The notes below the pieces were generated by a model, which saw only the letters and a program-made list of their open reading frames with translations, did no database searches and was not told the DNA's origin. This document shows, one piece after another, positions 62,273 to 64,000 of a stretch of 64,000 nucleotides of DNA (positions within the stretch are counted from its first letter, which is position 1; the number at the start of each line of letters is the position of its first letter). The position numbers were made by a program, and so were the translations under genes. The stretch is from Candidatus Poribacteria bacterium (GTDB taxonomy: Bacteria; Poribacteria; WGA-4E; PCPOR2b), in contig OZ242326.1 of assembly GCA_965208325.1 (NCBI GenBank), forward strand, positions 4,448,001 to 4,512,000. The letters run 5' to 3'.

Positions 62273-62319
62273 AGGAAAGGGAGTTTTGCTGAACGAGAAG
62301 TTCAGCAGAACATGAGGAT

Positions 62320-62982
62320 ATGAAGCGCATATTAGAACCGGAGGTAATGGACACACGCGAAGAAGCCGAGGCGTATGATGCGATGGATCACGGTGAAGTC
62401 AACGACTCATTTGTAGGGCGCATCATTGAACTTGGCGCATGCGAAGGGAAATTTTTGGACCTTGGGACAGGAACGGCGGACATTCCCATTCTATTAGCCC
62501 AACGCCTGCCGAAGATTCAGATTGTTGGGATTGACCTCTCCCTGAACATGCTGAAATTGGGGGAGGCTCACGTTGCCGATGCGGGGTTAGCCGATCGAAT
62601 TGTGTTGGAATGTGTTGATGCAAAATCCCTGCCGTATCCAGACCAATCGTTCGACGGCGTCATCTCCAATAGCATTATCCACCACATTCCTGATCCGATG
62701 CCGGTGTTAGAGGAAATTAGCCGAACTGTCCGCCAAGGCGGGTTAATTATGATTCGAGATTTGATTCGTCCAGAGACCCCCGAAGCGGCTCAAACATTAG
62801 TAAACCAATATGCAGCAGATGATACACCTTACCAGAAAAACCTGCTTTATAACTCCTTCCGCGCCGCGTTCACCATCGCCGAGGTTGAAGCAATGCACGC
62901 CCAAGTAAATTTGCCCGATGCGGCCGTGGTTCAAAGTTCGGATCGCCACTGGTCGATTGAACGGCCTTTTGACCGGAGTTGA
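62320..62982 (+). CDS. Class I SAM-dependent methyltransferase
   Basis: RILEPEVMD, LDLGTGT, SNSIIHH, DLIRP. Confidence 0.88.
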   Translation: MKRILEPEVMDTREEAEAYDAMDHGEVNDSFVGRIIELGACEGKFLDLGTGTADIPILLAQRLPKIQIVGIDLSLNMLKLGEAHVADAGLADRIVLECVDAKSLPYPDQSFDGVISNSIIHHIPDPMPVLEEISRTVRQGGLIMIRDLIRPETPEAAQTLVNQYAADDTPYQKNLLYNSFRAAFTIAEVEAMHAQVNLPDAAVVQSSDRHWSIERPFDRS

Positions 62983-62992
62983 ACGTTGGCAA

Positions 62993-64000
62993 TCATTCCG
63001 ATGAGGATGCAACCTCTTCATCAATTTCCATCAGGCGATTGTATTTTACAACGCGTTCACCCCGTGATGGACCTACCTTAACAAAGTCGGCGCCCACGGC
63101 TGCAGCGAGGTCAATAATTAGCGTGTCCGTAGTTTCACCGCCGCCTCGATGGGAAACAATGACTTTAAGTCCGTGCTTTTTGGCTAGCGTTACCGCTTCG
63201 ACGGTCTCACTGAGTGTCCCAACCTGGTTTGGCTTAATCAGGATGGCATTTATCGCTTTGAGATCGATGGCTTTTTGCAGGCGAGTCACGTTAGTTGTGG
63301 TGAGATCGTCACCAACGATTATCACGCTCTGACCTAAGCGTTCGTTAAGCAGCGTCCATGAATCCCAATCGTCCTCTCCGAGGCCGTCTTCAATCGAGAA
63401 AATTGGAAATTCGCGGACCAATTCTTCATAATAGCGGATGAGCTGTTCAGCGGAGAGGGTTCTGTCCTCCCGTTCGAGGCGGTAAGAACCGTCACTGTAG
63501 AATTCTGATGCAGCAGGGTCGAGCGCTATGGCGACCTCATCCATCGGCTCATAACCGGCATCGACAATCGCCTTTTGAATGTAGATTAAGGGCTCATTAT
63601 TCGATGGGATTCCGGCTGGTGCGTACGCACCTTCCAGTCCTACATTCATGGGGTACCCGTGGGCTTTGAGCACTTTTCCGAGCGTATGGTAGATTTCGAT
63701 GCCGGCTCGCACCGCGTCTCGGGAATTCACATCGGCGCGAATGCCTACCATATATTCCTGCAGATCTGTAGAATCGTCTGCGTGACACCCGCCTTCAATG
63801 ACAACCATCATGGGTTTCGGCAGATACGGTTTTTCGCCTGCCAAAGTGTACGTTTCCCTGATATACTGATAAAGCGGTAAAGCCCGCGCGTTGCATGCGG
63901 CCCGGGCGCATGCGAGTGAAACGCTGAGAATAGAGTTACCCCCAATATTTTCCCTTCTGGGAGTCTCATCCAAAGCAATTAACTGGGCATCAATCCCTTT
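62993..64000 (-). CDS. eno: Enolase (5' end outside window)
   Basis: N.IL.VSLA, QEYM, LDPAASEF, SIEDG, VGDDL, IKPNQ.G, SHR..GET.D, ERV.KYN.L. Confidence 0.92.
   Translation of the reverse strand, partial: KGIDAQLIALDETPRRENIGGNSILSVSLACARAACNARALPLYQYIRETYTLAGEKPYLPKPMMVVIEGGCHADDSTDLQEYMVGIRADVNSRDAVRAGIEIYHTLGKVLKAHGYPMNVGLEGAYAPAGIPSNNEPLIYIQKAIVDAGYEPMDEVAIALDPAASEFYSDGSYRLEREDRTLSAEQLIRYYEELVREFPIFSIEDGLGEDDWDSWTLLNERLGQSVIIVGDDLTTTNVTRLQKAIDLKAINAILIKPNQVGTLSETVEAVTLAKKHGLKVIVSHRGGGETTDTLIIDLAAAVGADFVKVGPSRGERVVKYNRLMEIDEEVASSSE

Noticed and set aside
1..64000. Enzyme responsible for the repeats (RAYT, Cas1, reverse transcriptase, recombinase)
   Set aside because: No ORF with HUH/Y1, YADD-type or Cas motifs recognised in this window

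Overview
Bacterial chromosomal window, about 50% GC. The gene style (several PhyH dioxygenases, BlaI/M56 sensor pair, lectin-like secreted proteins, very repeat-rich intergenic DNA) resembles Candidatus Poribacteria, but that is my inference only. It holds a long minus-strand housekeeping block (infC-rpmI-rplT, T-box-pheST, cutA, selD, ymdB, xseAB-dxs-tlyA-apt-tRNA-Arg-secDF, kinase plus sigma-54 regulator), plus glnS, htpX, truA, eno, sugar-acid and inositol catabolic genes, and two IS elements stacked at one site. selD has an in-frame UGA consistent with selenocysteine. The most unusual signal is non-coding and nested. MITE-like elements with terminal inverted repeats contain GTAG-type REP hairpins, and those hairpins also form two long tandem arrays (75 bp x8, 84 bp x~10). 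A conserved 36-37 nt module (CTATCG-N6-YTATTC-N6-TTGAT) sits inside several different hairpin families in at least 15 copies, with matching empty sites visible in the same window. No cas, RAYT or reverse transcriptase gene is recognisable here. All calls come from reading the sequence by eye; no searches were run.
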